Shown: positions 1 through 12,789 of the stretch, piece by piece
How positions within the stretch are numbered: position 1 is the stretch's first letter
Layout: each line of letters begins with the position of its first letter
Origin: Chrysomallon squamiferum
Taxonomy: Eukaryota > Animalia > Mollusca
DNA: 64,000 nt
Assembly (NCBI GenBank): GCA_012295275.1
Contig: CM022674.1
Span: 10,788,001-10,852,000 of the forward strand
Direction: 5' to 3'
Position numbers and translations under genes: made by a program
The notes under the pieces: generated by a model
Seen by the model: the letters and a program-made list of their open reading frames with translations, nothing else
Databases searched by the model: none
What the model was told of the DNA's origin: nothing

Positions 1-989
1 TTAAAATAATTTAAAATATTCAATATATAAAAACACAAGATTACAGAAAACTACTGTCACTACCATCAAAATATATGTATAGGGTGTGGTCATAAACAAA
101 CTGATGCAGCTTTCTTGCAATTCTTGACTCCTTTCAAGCCAAATTCTTTACAGCATTAAGTTTTTCAACCTGGCATGAAATGAACATTATAAGTTAATAT
201 CAACGAGTATTTATTTTTTCTCAGTCGTTTCTGTCAAATACATTTTATATGTCATAACTGAAGCAGTAATACTTATAGGATCATCTGAAGTAAAACCACC
301 AGCATAAGTAGTAATTAAATATAACAGTATTACTAAACTACTCTATAGTGATAGCTACATTAAAATACTGAAAAGGTTAAAACATACCCAGACCAAATAT
401 TGTTAAATAAAATGGCCGACAATGAAGTCTGCATAATTGATCAGTATGAAAATATGCCGGCTCGCCATCTTGAATATGTTTACACAACTCGCGCGCTCCA
501 CAAGAAAATTGAATGCACATGCACCATATATTTTAAGAAAATTATATTGGTAATACAAATCTTGGTGGACGTTAATAATTTGATTATCAATAAATACAAG
601 AAGGATCTACAAAACAAAATTAAAAAACTAAAGAATAAAAAAAGGAGAAAAAAAAAGCACAACATACAACCCACTTCCTTTGTCGGCTTCTGCTGAGCAA
701 CTGGAATTACTGCAAAACGATGTGCTGACTTTAACAAGTAAATTTAGAATAAAGTTGCAATCAAACAACTGTATGGATAAGGTATATCTACAAATCGTTT
801 TACAGCATGCAAACTGTCAAATTGTTAAAACAAGGAACATGAATTGAGGTCACAGATGAAAGGGACTGGGATTTACTGCATTTGCATACAGCAATGGCAA
901 ATGACAGGCATCAGACGACATACAATCAGGCTGAAAATAAGGCTACTCTTAATGATTTGTAAACAACCTATGGGACTCCAAGATCATCT

Positions 990-1220
990 ACTCACCTGCC
1001 GATTATTGTGTAGTTAGTGTACATCCACACAAATGTAACATATATCTCACTTCGTCACCCTTTCCAAACATAAATCAGACAGTTTCCCCACAAAGTCTAC
1101 GCTTATCATGAACGACAAGGGTGCGGCGCCCCTGATCTTGGAATAAGGAACCCCCAGTGTAAATCAGTGCGCATGCGCTTCTCTTCGCACAGACTCTGTG
1201 TTCGATATCGATCGAGGAAG
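990..1220 (-). promoter_or_regulatory. Putative promoter and first exon of a minus-strand gene running off the left edge of the window
   Basis: NRF1-type GCGCATGCGC at 1169-1178, a CpG-rich patch, palindromic CGATATCG at about 1203, and a strong minus-strand donor CAG|gtgagt at 996/995. No product is identifiable. Confidence 0.45.
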
Positions 1221-3796
1221 CAAGGACGCTCGAGAATAAAGAAATGATATTGATATTATTTCAATTTTTGTTTAATATATTTCACGATATTTATTAATAA
1301 TTAAAATTTATTTCAATGTAAATAATAGTTTTTATCTCAATGAATTATAAAAATATCCACAAATATAAATATCTAAACTTAAAAACATTAATTTGCTTAT
1401 GTTTGAATATTGCTTTCAATAATCTACATATATATGTAACAACTTAAAATGTTTCAGTATTCTGATAAACTCTGTTAAATATGTAATATCATTCTTCTTG
1501 ATAATACAAAAATCTGTTTTGTTTGAGCATAAATAACCATTAATATATTTAGATATATGTTTAAACAAATATTCACTCTCATTATCACTTTGTACTTTTT
1601 CTTCTTGTTATATTATTATTATTGTTATGTTGTTGTTGCTGTTTTCTTATCATTATTAATGCTTTCATATTCTTCATATCTGTTTCATAGTCTGTATTTT
1701 GTTTATTTTCATCCCTTTCCCCACCCCCAATTAAGCTGACGTTGAATGATTTTATTATTTATTACTTGATATAAAGAAACATATTGCGAGTATTTGTGTG
1801 TAAACATAAATTTTTGGTTGTCTGTTTCTGTGTATGACTGTGTTTCTAGGTTATAATGGTTGAATACTGTGTAATACATTACCTTGACTTGAAAATTTAA
1901 TTACATCAGTTAATTAAAACACACACACGCACACACACACACACACAAACAAAAAAACCAAAAAAAACCCCAATAACAATAAAAATTAATAATAAGTAAA
2001 TAAATTAATTAATAAACTGTATTTTAGAGACGCTGAAGTATCCATGGCTATACTGGATTTGGAAAAATGTTCAGTTCATTGCGTAGTAACAGCAGCATTA
2101 TTTGACCGGAGTTAGTAGGAACATCGAAAAAGAAAGATTAAAACGGAAATTCATGCGACACCTCTGTTGGTTTTTAATTAATTAACAAACCCGGCTTAAA
2201 ACAGAATTAAGGCAATGCTTGTCAGGTTTTGGCGCGATTTAGTGTGTGGCGGCATATTATGCACACTGTTCTTACAAACCAGCATTACCAAACTGGCAGA
2301 CGGCAGTCGTCTGAAATTAATTGTATTACTCGGAGTCCAGTGACATCATAATTACATAAACAGTTGTAAAGTTACTTGTGTCAGTCATATTTTGATTACT
2401 AAATACGAATAGAATGCGGCATATTAAAATCACTAAGTGTTTCGAAAAAGGACAAATGAAGACTAGCCACTAAATGCAGATAAATTTGCTCAACACTTGT
2501 ACCCATATAACGCGCTTTTCCAATTACATATTTTTACTGCAAATGTCGCTGGAGTACAAGGTCGATTCAAAATTTTTAATAGAAATGTTTCGTCAAAGCT
2601 TTTCTATAACCATGGATCGTAAAGGAACACTTTTTTTTTTCTATTCTCGGTTACGAAATGGCAGTTTTCCGATGCAGCACTGCATACGTCACACAGTTGT
2701 ATCACGATGTCTCAGGGGTGGAAGAGACACAAAAATAAGGATCGCAGAGTGAGTGACATTCTACAAGCACACCGTGTGACCTACCATACGTTACTGTAAT
2801 ATAAATATCTGTAGGAAGAAAACAACAACAACCAAAACAAACAAAGAGAAGGACGTCACGCCACTTGATCTATACATGGAAAGGACATTAAACCAGCAGA
2901 CATTTCTTAAGAATATGGCAACCAAAATTACCTGAAAAATTATAAAATCAGATTAAGAGTTAGTTAACTTTAGCGTATTATAACATTATGTTGCGTAATC
3001 TGCTGAAACTTGTAATATAATTAGGTAATATCAGTATACGGTTTTTGTCGTTTAGTAGCTTCATGTGTTGTTAGTCCAGTAATGGCAGAAACGGGTAATA
3101 AAATAAAATAACAAATAAATAAATTAATAAAAAAAAAAAAAATAAATAAAATAAAATAAAATAAAATAAAATAAAATATAAATAAATAAATTAAATAATT
3201 ACAAAAAAGTAACACCCCCCAAAAATAATAAAAATTTACAAAAAGAAAAATTAAAAATTAACATAGAATATAATCCAGACGGTTTTTAAAATTTTGTTTT
3301 CCAAATATTAAAAGTACAACAAGTAGTATTGTTCGGTCGAACGATAGAGACTAAAATAGATAAACATTCCCATTTTTTTAAAGGGAAATATTTTAAAAAG
3401 ATTATTAAAGTAATAATAAAATAAAAAATGTGATGGAAGAGCACTCGCTTAGACAGCGAAGATTCCTAATCCTTGCTATGCCCGTTGTTTACTTTGACTG
3501 CCGCATTTGGTATTTCTTGTATGGTAATATCGGAGACTACATGTAATCAAGCCGGGACCCACTTGAAGCCTTACAAAAAATTAAGGGCACACTGTACACA
3601 AAATGCTAAGAAATATAATGCAAAATGTAAAAAAAATACAGAAATAACTGAAAGAAGGATATTGCGGCTTAATCGGTTGCTGAGCAGGCTGCTGAGGTTG
3701 TCTATCCTCATTGTCTACATCTATGTCAGATTCTTCATCATTTCGCGTATAAACAGTTCTCGTCTGGAATCTGTACCGTTTGGTTTTCTTCTGTGA

Positions 3797-4477
3797 CAGA
3801 TGCTCACTTTTAGAGTTACTGCCCTTGTGTGAGAGATGTTCATTGATTTATTTAGAGATACCGCCCTTGTGTGAGAGATGTTCACTGATATATTTAGAGT
3901 TACCGCCCTTGTGTGAGAGATGTTCACTGATATATTTAGTTACCGCCCTTGTGTGAGAGATGTTCACTGATATATTTAGAGTTACCGCCCTTGTGTGAGA
4001 GATGTTCACTGATATATTTAGTTATAGATGTTTGATATATTTAGAGTTACCGCCCTTGTGTGAGAGATGTTCACTGATATATTTAGTTACCGCCCTTGTG
4101 TGAGAGATGTTCACTGATATATTTAGAGTTACCGCCCTTGTGTGAGAGATGTTCACAGATATATTTAGTTACCGCCCTTGTGTGAGAGATGTTCACTGAT
4201 ATATTTAGTTACCGCCCTTGTTTGAGAGATGTTCACTGATATATTTAGAATTATCGCTCTTGTGTGAGAGATGTTCACTGATATATTTAGAATTATCGCT
4301 CTTGTGTGAGAGATGTTCACTGATATATTTAGAATTACCGCCCTTGTGTGAGAGATGTTCACTGATATATTTAGTTACAGCCCTTGTGTGAGAGATGTTC
4401 ACTGATATATTTAGAATTACCGTTTTTGCGTGAGAGATGTTCACTGATATATTTAGAGTAACCGACCTTGTGTGAGT
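3797..4477. repeat. Minisatellite, 40-42 bp unit, about 16 copies
   Basis: Unit gatatatttag(ag)ttaccgcccttgtgtgagagatgttcact, read directly. Confidence 0.95.
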
Positions 4478-4997
4478 AAATACCTTTATTCATCATCTAT
4501 TTTGTGCTGATGAGCCTGACGTGTCTTGGCAATTTCTTCAAAAATATTGTAATATGAAATACAAAGCAATGGACTGTTAAAATGTCAAAAAACTGTACAA
4601 AGGCTATATTTTTAATGGTATGCATTGTGCACTGAGGGAAAACATTTATCAATCGTTTGCTTTTAATAAATATAACACTATAATAGGCTAAAATTCTAAA
4701 AAGTATTAAAGTTTTAGATGGGTTGTGACTGTGACAGTGATAGGAATATGTCACAAGAAAACGTTGGCTATTTATCATTCTTGCACACCCTGTCACTCAT
4801 ACTGTCACTGGTAAACTACTGCACAGCTTTGAGCAGCCGCGCTTTCTCATCAGCCAAAACTCGTTTCGAACGAGTTTACAAATCTTTTTCCGGGCAATTG
4901 GCTATTTCTTACTGGATATCTTTCCGCTCTTAACATAATCAATTTGTTATCATCACAAATATCTACCTAGATCCTAGAATTTCGTGGGGCACACCTT

Positions 4998-5018
4998 TTG
5001 AGAACCACTGCTCTAAAC
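4998..5018. mobile_element. Possible terminus of a hAT/Charlie-like DNA transposon remnant
   Basis: TTGAGAACCACTG is the reverse complement of the Charlie-type TIR CAGTGGTTCTCAA and is followed by CTCTAAAC, resembling an 8-bp hAT target site. No partner TIR was found. Confidence 0.35.
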
Positions 5019-7483
5019 TTACGAAAGACACTATGCCAAATCGATTACGTTCTGTTCGAAATAAGGGAAATAACTCTGTTGAATTTGCAGAAAGTCATCG
5101 GTACTCAATAGCCACTGTGCGCAAACGCGTATATTTTAAGAACGCTTAAAATAAGTAAATATTAGTAGAAGACATTGATCAGAATAGAGTCAGTTAATAA
5201 TAATTAATAAACAATGAAAAAATAAAAAATAATTAGGCATACCGACTGTCCATGTTACAAATTAGGCTGGCTATATGGCGCGTCATTTGTGAGTGAGCTT
5301 TGTATTCCGAAACAAAATGTGAGCACTTTTCATAATTTCACAAATATGTCTATTCATACGCTACAAATATGTAAATATGTTCGATGAATTCCTCTTACTA
5401 GCTGAGATGTTTGGCTTATCCCTTTAAGAATTTCTAAAATGAGTTATATTCAGTTTCATGCTTCCTTAAGCAGATCGCTTGGGTAGTTCACATTTAATTT
5501 TTATAGATAAAAACATAAATAAATAAATTTAAAATAATAATAATTAAATAAATTTAAAATAATAATAATTTAATAAATTTAAAATAATAATAATTAAATA
5601 AAACAATAGATGTCCACATTTGTGCACCCTGCCAAGCTCTGAATGATATTCGAGTTTCAGTTTGGTTTCTTGAAGCAGTAACTATGGCAATAAGCATTGG
5701 CGAAGAGATAGCAGTGCCATGAACGTGAATAGACACACACTAATATTTATACTGTAATTTCAAATTATAAACATTTGCATATTGTTTTGAAAACATAATT
5801 CGCCCCTGCATGACATCGGGAAAGTGTTTCCTATCAGCTATTACAGTGTGACAGTGATTTCCTAACAAATATGTCTCTGTGATTACGTGTTCAACATCAG
5901 CTTGTATTGTCGTATCCCCATTTATATTAATCTTAGCTCAGGATTTTATTGTCATACCTTTGTTTTTATCACCCTTATTATCCCTTCGTTGCTGTACTTA
6001 TAAAACTATCCTCTAATGTAAAATGCGTTCAGTAGCAGAAGCGAAGCATTGATTTAAGAATACTATTATACATACGCACGCACACATAAACACACCCTGA
6101 AAAGGAAATAGCAGTGATCACGATCAATGACAGAGTATGCTTCAGATCTTAGATGATAATATTTTCAATAAAAGCAGGTTGCATTCAAAATTTATCAAGG
6201 GTAGCGGAATAGAAAACATGGGATTGAATAATTCGCGGACAAACGCTTTCTTGTCGATCGATACTCTGCTTACCTGTTAAGCTATTCTGAGTGCAACACA
6301 CAGAACCATTTAGCGTATAAACAACAGGATGGAAGACAAGTCTAAATATAGCGCAGATGACAACATGGAGACTGTCGTAATTAAAATAAAAACTGATATA
6401 TTAAAATATTATAATTACTATACTTTATTAACAACGAATCTACTACTTAATTATAAAAAAATTCTACTTCCTGGTACAAAATACTTCATTATAATAACAC
6501 GCTAGTACTTCTTAGTAACATTAATAATTTATCATAATGAACTAATACTTCGTAATAACAAACTATATTTATGTTATAACAAAATACTACTTCACTGAAA
6601 AAACTCTACTTCAGTTTGTACCATATTACTTCTTTATTAACAATGTATTGTTTTATAAATAAATATACATCATTATAAAGTAATAATTATTAGCAAAGAG
6701 TAACTTCATTATAACAAAATACTTAAAAAGTAATTTGCATATAAATAATCCAGGTTAATAATTTCTATTGACAACATAAAATGTAACAAATTATTTGTTT
6801 AAATACTAAATGTATATAATAAATAATTTTAATATTATTGTAATTAGAAGTATATATATATATATTCTTATTATCTATATTTATTGTAAAAACATTAAAT
6901 ATATTTGTAACATATTACAACAATGTAGCTAGTCGTCTGTTTTTTGTTGGGTTTTTTTTCTCGATCTAAATCATTTACTTTGTAATTAACACAGTATAAA
7001 CAGGTGTAAAACCATGAGTATCTTTTGAAAGATGACAGGTAAATATCTCTACAAGCAATTAGCCAATTGTTTTACACTCCGTTCCTTTGTCTAGTGTTGA
7101 CATTAATGCTAGCAATGTATTTTTATGCTTGCCATAGATAGCAAATATACATGTAGAGATTTAATTGTCTATATGTCGAGTTTTAACGCTTAATGAATTA
7201 ATAGTTATGTTAATTAATTACTCCTATTACTATACTGGCATCTGACAGATTTTAAGACTTATAAGAACAGTTTAAGTACATGTATTGGAAACTTTAAATG
7301 TTTATTTGTTTGGATTGAATGCCCAATACGTGATCGTGATCGAGCCAATGTAGTGTGGATAGACCATTCAGTGCAAACCACCAGTGTAAGTGACCATAGT
7401 GTATTCAGTTGCATTGTGCTGTAAGGTTCATCCAGTGATGCAAGGTGCGCCAACATACATTGATTATATAAATAAACTATATA

Positions 7484-7770
7484 AGGTAGCGATTTGTTTT
7501 GTTTTATTTTATATTGTTATTTGTTGTTCTTTTGTCCTAAGCCGAAATGTCCGTAGCCCAGGGATGCTCACACTTGTTCAGCTTGCGAGCTGCTTTTAAA
7601 ATGACCAGGTCAAAACGTGTATATACACGTATTTAGTATTTTTTAATACAGGTAGATCATTTTGACCTGCTCATTTTAAAAGTAGCTCGCAAGCTGAAAA
7701 AGTGTGAGCATCCCTGGGACAAAAGAACAACAAATAACAATATAAAATCAAACAAAACAAATCGCTACCT
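7484..7770. mobile_element. Foldback/MITE-like element with inverted arms of about 110 bp
   Basis: 7484-7615 is the near-perfect reverse complement of 7660-7770 (aggtagcgatttgttttg... / ...caaaacaaatcgctacct), apart from an insertion of about 20 nt in the left arm. It sits in a TA-rich site. Confidence 0.8.
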
Positions 7771-8326
7771 ATATATATATATATATATATAACTATAACT
7801 GAAAAATAATAGAAGGTAGAGCTTCGGATATGTTGTAGCTCATAAGACTGGCTAATGAAAAATACCCTGTAATAACAATTAACTCTTGCAAGTAATATTT
7901 AGTAATATCTCATTGAAACTGCTGTTAATTGAGAAATATTTAAGTACAAAAACATCATTATTAGTCATTACACGAAGGAGGCTATAGTAACACGGGAATA
8001 AAACAAAAGATGAAATTAGACAAAGTTCACTGTGATAGCAACAGTCAATCCTCTGTTGTAAAGCCTCACAGTGCTTACATGACGTTTGTCGTTCTCGCTT
8101 CCCAGTCAACTGACACTTTCTTTATAAACTAATTTAGTAAACTCCTCTTGCTTTATACGACTATTCCAGCTAATTAGAAATAGGAAATGGTTTAAATAAC
8201 TGAATTGGGTTATTAATATTCGGCCTATTCGAAAACAACGTTGATGAATAAATAAATATCTACAGGATTTCGATTATTTTATTATTTATTTATTATTATA
8301 TGAAAAACAACAACAACAACAACATT

Positions 8327-8379
<53 letters not shown>

Positions 8380-8754
8380 AATTCCCAGAGCACAACAGCA
8401 ACAAACAACAACAACACCACCACCACGTAATAATAATAGTAATAATAATAAAATTAAGACATGAAAATAAATTTATTAAGATTTTTTTCAATATATACTT
8501 AAAAGAAAAAAGTTTAATTTAATTATTTCCGATGTATCACTTTTTAATTAGTTATAACTGACGAACGGACATGCTGCCACGACGTGGTGAAACACTCGGT
8601 GTGGACGACTTACACAGAATTCAGAGGTAAAGAGTTCACGATCTCCTACATCTCGAGATAACATCGCCTTTCTAAGTTGTTAGCTGTAACAGGCGAGTGG
8701 CAAGTAGTTTGACTTGTTCGTTTATATGAAACATGTTTATTAATTAATTAATTA

Positions 8755-8804
<50 letters not shown>

Positions 8805-8997
8805 AATTTTTATATAAAGTTTTTAAATGTAGGCTACTTATTTTTATTTTTTTATTTTTATTAAAATATATTTTACTTGAAATGTCCTCTCTAATGTAAG
8901 TCGATTGGCTGTCGCATCAGTTTCTTTCAAAATTTTATATATATATATATATATATATCCTTATAATACACAACGTTAAAAAAAAAAAAAAAAAAAT

Positions 8998-9030
<33 letters not shown>

Positions 9031-9095
9031 GTAAAATAAGAATAAAAATTCAAATAATAATAAAAGAAAATTAAAAAAAAAAACCCCCAGCAAAA

Positions 9096-9128
<33 letters not shown>

Positions 9129-9149
9129 AAGAAGTTTTAATACAATAGT

Positions 9150-9260
9150 GCACAGCAGACGAGTCAGACAGCTTTCTCGTTCAGCGCATGCGCAGTTTGA
9201 AAGGGACATTTTTGATCCGTGACACCGGAATTGTAGCCTCTTTCAGGCAGTCTGGGATAT
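9150..9260 (+). promoter_or_regulatory. PLOD promoter / 5' end
   Basis: NRF1-type palindrome GCGCATGCGC at 9184-9193 and ETS-like ACCGGAA at about 9224 in a CpG-containing patch about 270 bp upstream of the ATG. Confidence 0.6.
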
Positions 9261-9462
9261 TTGTGCTGCCGTCTCGGATTACTTCCAGACAACAGTGTGA
9301 TGTGGCAAAGACGAGTTTAAACTTAAAGATTACTCTTACATTTTGAAAATCAGGATACGTCTAAACTTATTGTTAATATTAACAAATCGATAAAGTTCTT
9401 CCGAAAAGCAGACGATATAAATTCAGCTTCTTTGGTAACTTTAAGAATCTTTGAGAATCAGA

Positions 9463-10440
9463 ATGTTGTGGAATTTGCTGCCAGTTCTTGGTTTATTAGC
9501 AGTTTTCTTAACTTCGACCGAATCAAAATCAAGTGATGGTAAGTTAATATCAGTTTAAATACTTGTGAAATAACAATATTAAAAATTAATTGTGCTGATT
9601 GGTTTTAGAAATTAATAAATTTAAAAAAGAAAGAAAAAGAAAAACTATTAATATTATTAAAAGTTGCATTTACAGTTAATGAGCTGTTGTTATTATTATT
9701 ATTATTATTAATTTAAAATAATATTTGCAGCGTTAGGAAGTATAACAAAATAATAAATTTAAATAGGTTTTTGTTAAACATTCTCATAACTTTTTAAAAT
9801 CCAGATTCCAACTTACATTGTTTATCTGTGTCACGTGTGTGCAATACGTCACGTACATTACCCGGTTTTTGTTCAGCGACAGCACACAGATTTCCCACGA
9901 ATACTAAATAATAAAGTACATTGTTTCACCTAATCTTTGTATTTCACTCCCAGTATATTACAACACAAGTAAATGTAACTAACATGAAATATAACTATAC
10001 AAAATTTTAAAAATTAAAAGGATTCAAAAAAAAAAAAAAAAAAGTATTATTATTTTATTTATATATATTTTTTAGAGAAAAAAGTACAAATATAAATTTA
10101 ATAGGATTAGAATTTTATCTGTTCTTTTACCTTTTTTTTTGTCAGATTAAAAATTTTCATTCTAATGAATTAATATCACAGCAAAGGAAACACACACAAA
10201 AAAAAAAAAAAAAAAAAAAAAAAAAGAATATTAATAATAATAAAAAATCATATCAGTGTTGCTTAATAAATTAACTCACTGCTTATTTGTACATGCATTA
10301 ACTGATATACTGAAAATGTTTTAAGCACTTGAGATAATTTTAAAATAATTGAAGAACAGAAGAGGAAAAAAATATATACTGCATTAACACCATATTATAT
10401 CAAATGATAACTAAAAAATTTAAGTTATACTAATATACTT

Positions 10441-10485
<45 letters not shown>

Positions 10486-11699
10486 GCTGATTATAGGCTA
10501 TTGCTAAGAGGTACTGCTTTTATTTCAGCAATATATACATAAGTCAGAGAAGCTGAAAAAAACAACAACAACTCAACAACAACCTGATTGTGTTACATGC
10601 TTCATACAAAGAAATTTATAATTAATACTGGTTTACTTTATAGAAGAATTTAAAAAAAATTCTGAATATTTTCCAACTCCCTGCATCTCCAGGGACAAAA
10701 AGCTCAAACCCTGCTCGTGGAGGTGATCGTTACATTTTTGTATTTAAATTTTCAGGTCTGCTTGTTCTGACCATTGCCACATCTGAAACAGATGGATTCA
10801 AACGATTCATGGCCTCTGCTAAGAAGTATGGACTGGATGTCAAGGTAATAACAAACTGTACTTCATCATAACATTTACTACTTCATAAAAAAGTACTTCA
10901 TTAAAAAACAATAACAAAAAAGACAACAAAAAAACAATGCATATGATTATAACATTATAATAAACATTACTTTATTACACAAAAAGTAAACAAATTACAA
11001 AAAAACAAACTAAAAAAAAACAAATATATGATTACAACTTTAAAATAAATCATACTTCAGCATAACTATTTTTCAAACAAAACTACTTGAATATAAAAAT
11101 ATTGCTTCATTATAACACAGTATAGTTCATTATATAATAAATTACTATTTCATAGCAAAAAAGCAACAAAAAACCCATTAATTAATAAAAAAACTTCAAT
11201 TTACTAAACTAATTATAATTATAACAAACAATTTTAATAGGGAAATTTACTTATTTGTGATAACAAATAAATATAATTATAACAGAATACACATCATTAT
11301 AAGGTAATGTTTATTAAAAGCAAATTGTTAGGTTGTTTAACAAACTGCAGCTGCATTTAACCAGCTATCAGAAAGGTGTCAAGTGACCTAACCAATTAGT
11401 CAGCTTTGTACATACATTTCACAGGTGTTGATGTTCTTGCGGTAAAAAGTGGTTAACAATGAATTTTTATGATTGCCACAGACACACACAAAAACATGTT
11501 GAGTAATTGTAATAGAGAACTGTACCTATCACTTGTGACATTGATTCACTATCCTGACAGAATTTGACACCATTTTAAATATTAGAACCCATTAATTATT
11601 TATCTGGTTGAATTAGATGTCATGCATATGCAGTCAGCCTGCAAATGTATACACAGATAATACTGAGAAACACACATTGCAAGTATGCACAGATTTATT

Positions 11700-11744
<45 letters not shown>

Positions 11745-12463
11745 ATTATTATTATTTAAGGAATATGTATATAACAATACTGCTTAATTCAGTGTTATCT
11801 TAAAGGTTCTAATATTTATTTATTAATATATTTTATTGTAATATTTCAATGGATTTAAATGAAAATATTGAATATATTTTATATAAAAAATGTTATAGAT
11901 GAGTTATAATATATGATATAATATTATTATAATACTTATTTGTTAAATAGGTGAAAATGTATACTTTGTGTTTAAGTCTATTTAAAATCAGTATAAATGT
12001 ATTGCAGGTTCTGGGGCTTGGCACAAAGTGGGAAGGGGGGGATGTGGCAAGATTTGCTGGTGGAGGACAGAAGATAAATATCTTGAAAGAAGAACTGAAA
12101 AAATACAAGAGTAAAAAGAACAAGCTCATCATGTTTGTTGACAGGTGCGATAAACATCGATTTTATATAAATGAATGACTGGTATATATGTATACTGGTT
12201 CATTTTCACTGTTTTCAGTTGTACCAAATTAGTTTATATTTAAATAAGTTATTACTTGTCACAGATTTTTTTTTTTATAATATGATTTATGAATATTTCT
12301 TATTAATTTATAAATTTAATTATGTATTACAAAGTATAAATGGTTAACTTTACAAAACGTTATATTTTAGTTTGTCATGTATTACAGTGTTTATGTATTA
12401 CTAACATAATACTGAGGTTAACTGTTGGTATCAAAACCATTTTAAATGAAAGTACTATGAAAC

Positions 12464-12506
<43 letters not shown>

Positions 12507-12730
12507 TATAATTATAATAATAATTATAATAATAATTATTATTATTATTATTATTATTTAATTTTTTTTTTAAATTTTAATTTTTATAATATTCTTTTTT
12601 AATAGTTACGATGTTGTTTTCACTGATGGTGAACCTGCCATTTTGGAGAAATATCTCAAATTTGATGCTCGGGTTGTGTTTTCTGCTGAAGGTTTCTGTT
12701 GGCCAGATTCAAGCTTGGCTGTGAGTATAA

Positions 12731-12789
<59 letters not shown>

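Noticed and set aside
400-3796. Short ORFs at 400-696, 2474-2752 and 3473-3796 as genes
   Set aside because: No recognisable homology, two have non-ATG starts, the composition is low-complexity and there is no supporting splice structure.
3797-4477. Regular 40-42 bp repeats as a CRISPR array, and the ORFs MNISHTRAV... within them
   Set aside because: The units are head-to-tail with no unique spacers, there are no cas genes, and the context is eukaryotic. The ORFs are repeat translations.
3581-5427. TTAAGGG...CCTTTAA as ends of a Kolobok/piggyBac-type element
   Set aside because: No extended terminal inverted repeat could be matched, and such short motifs are common in AT-rich DNA.
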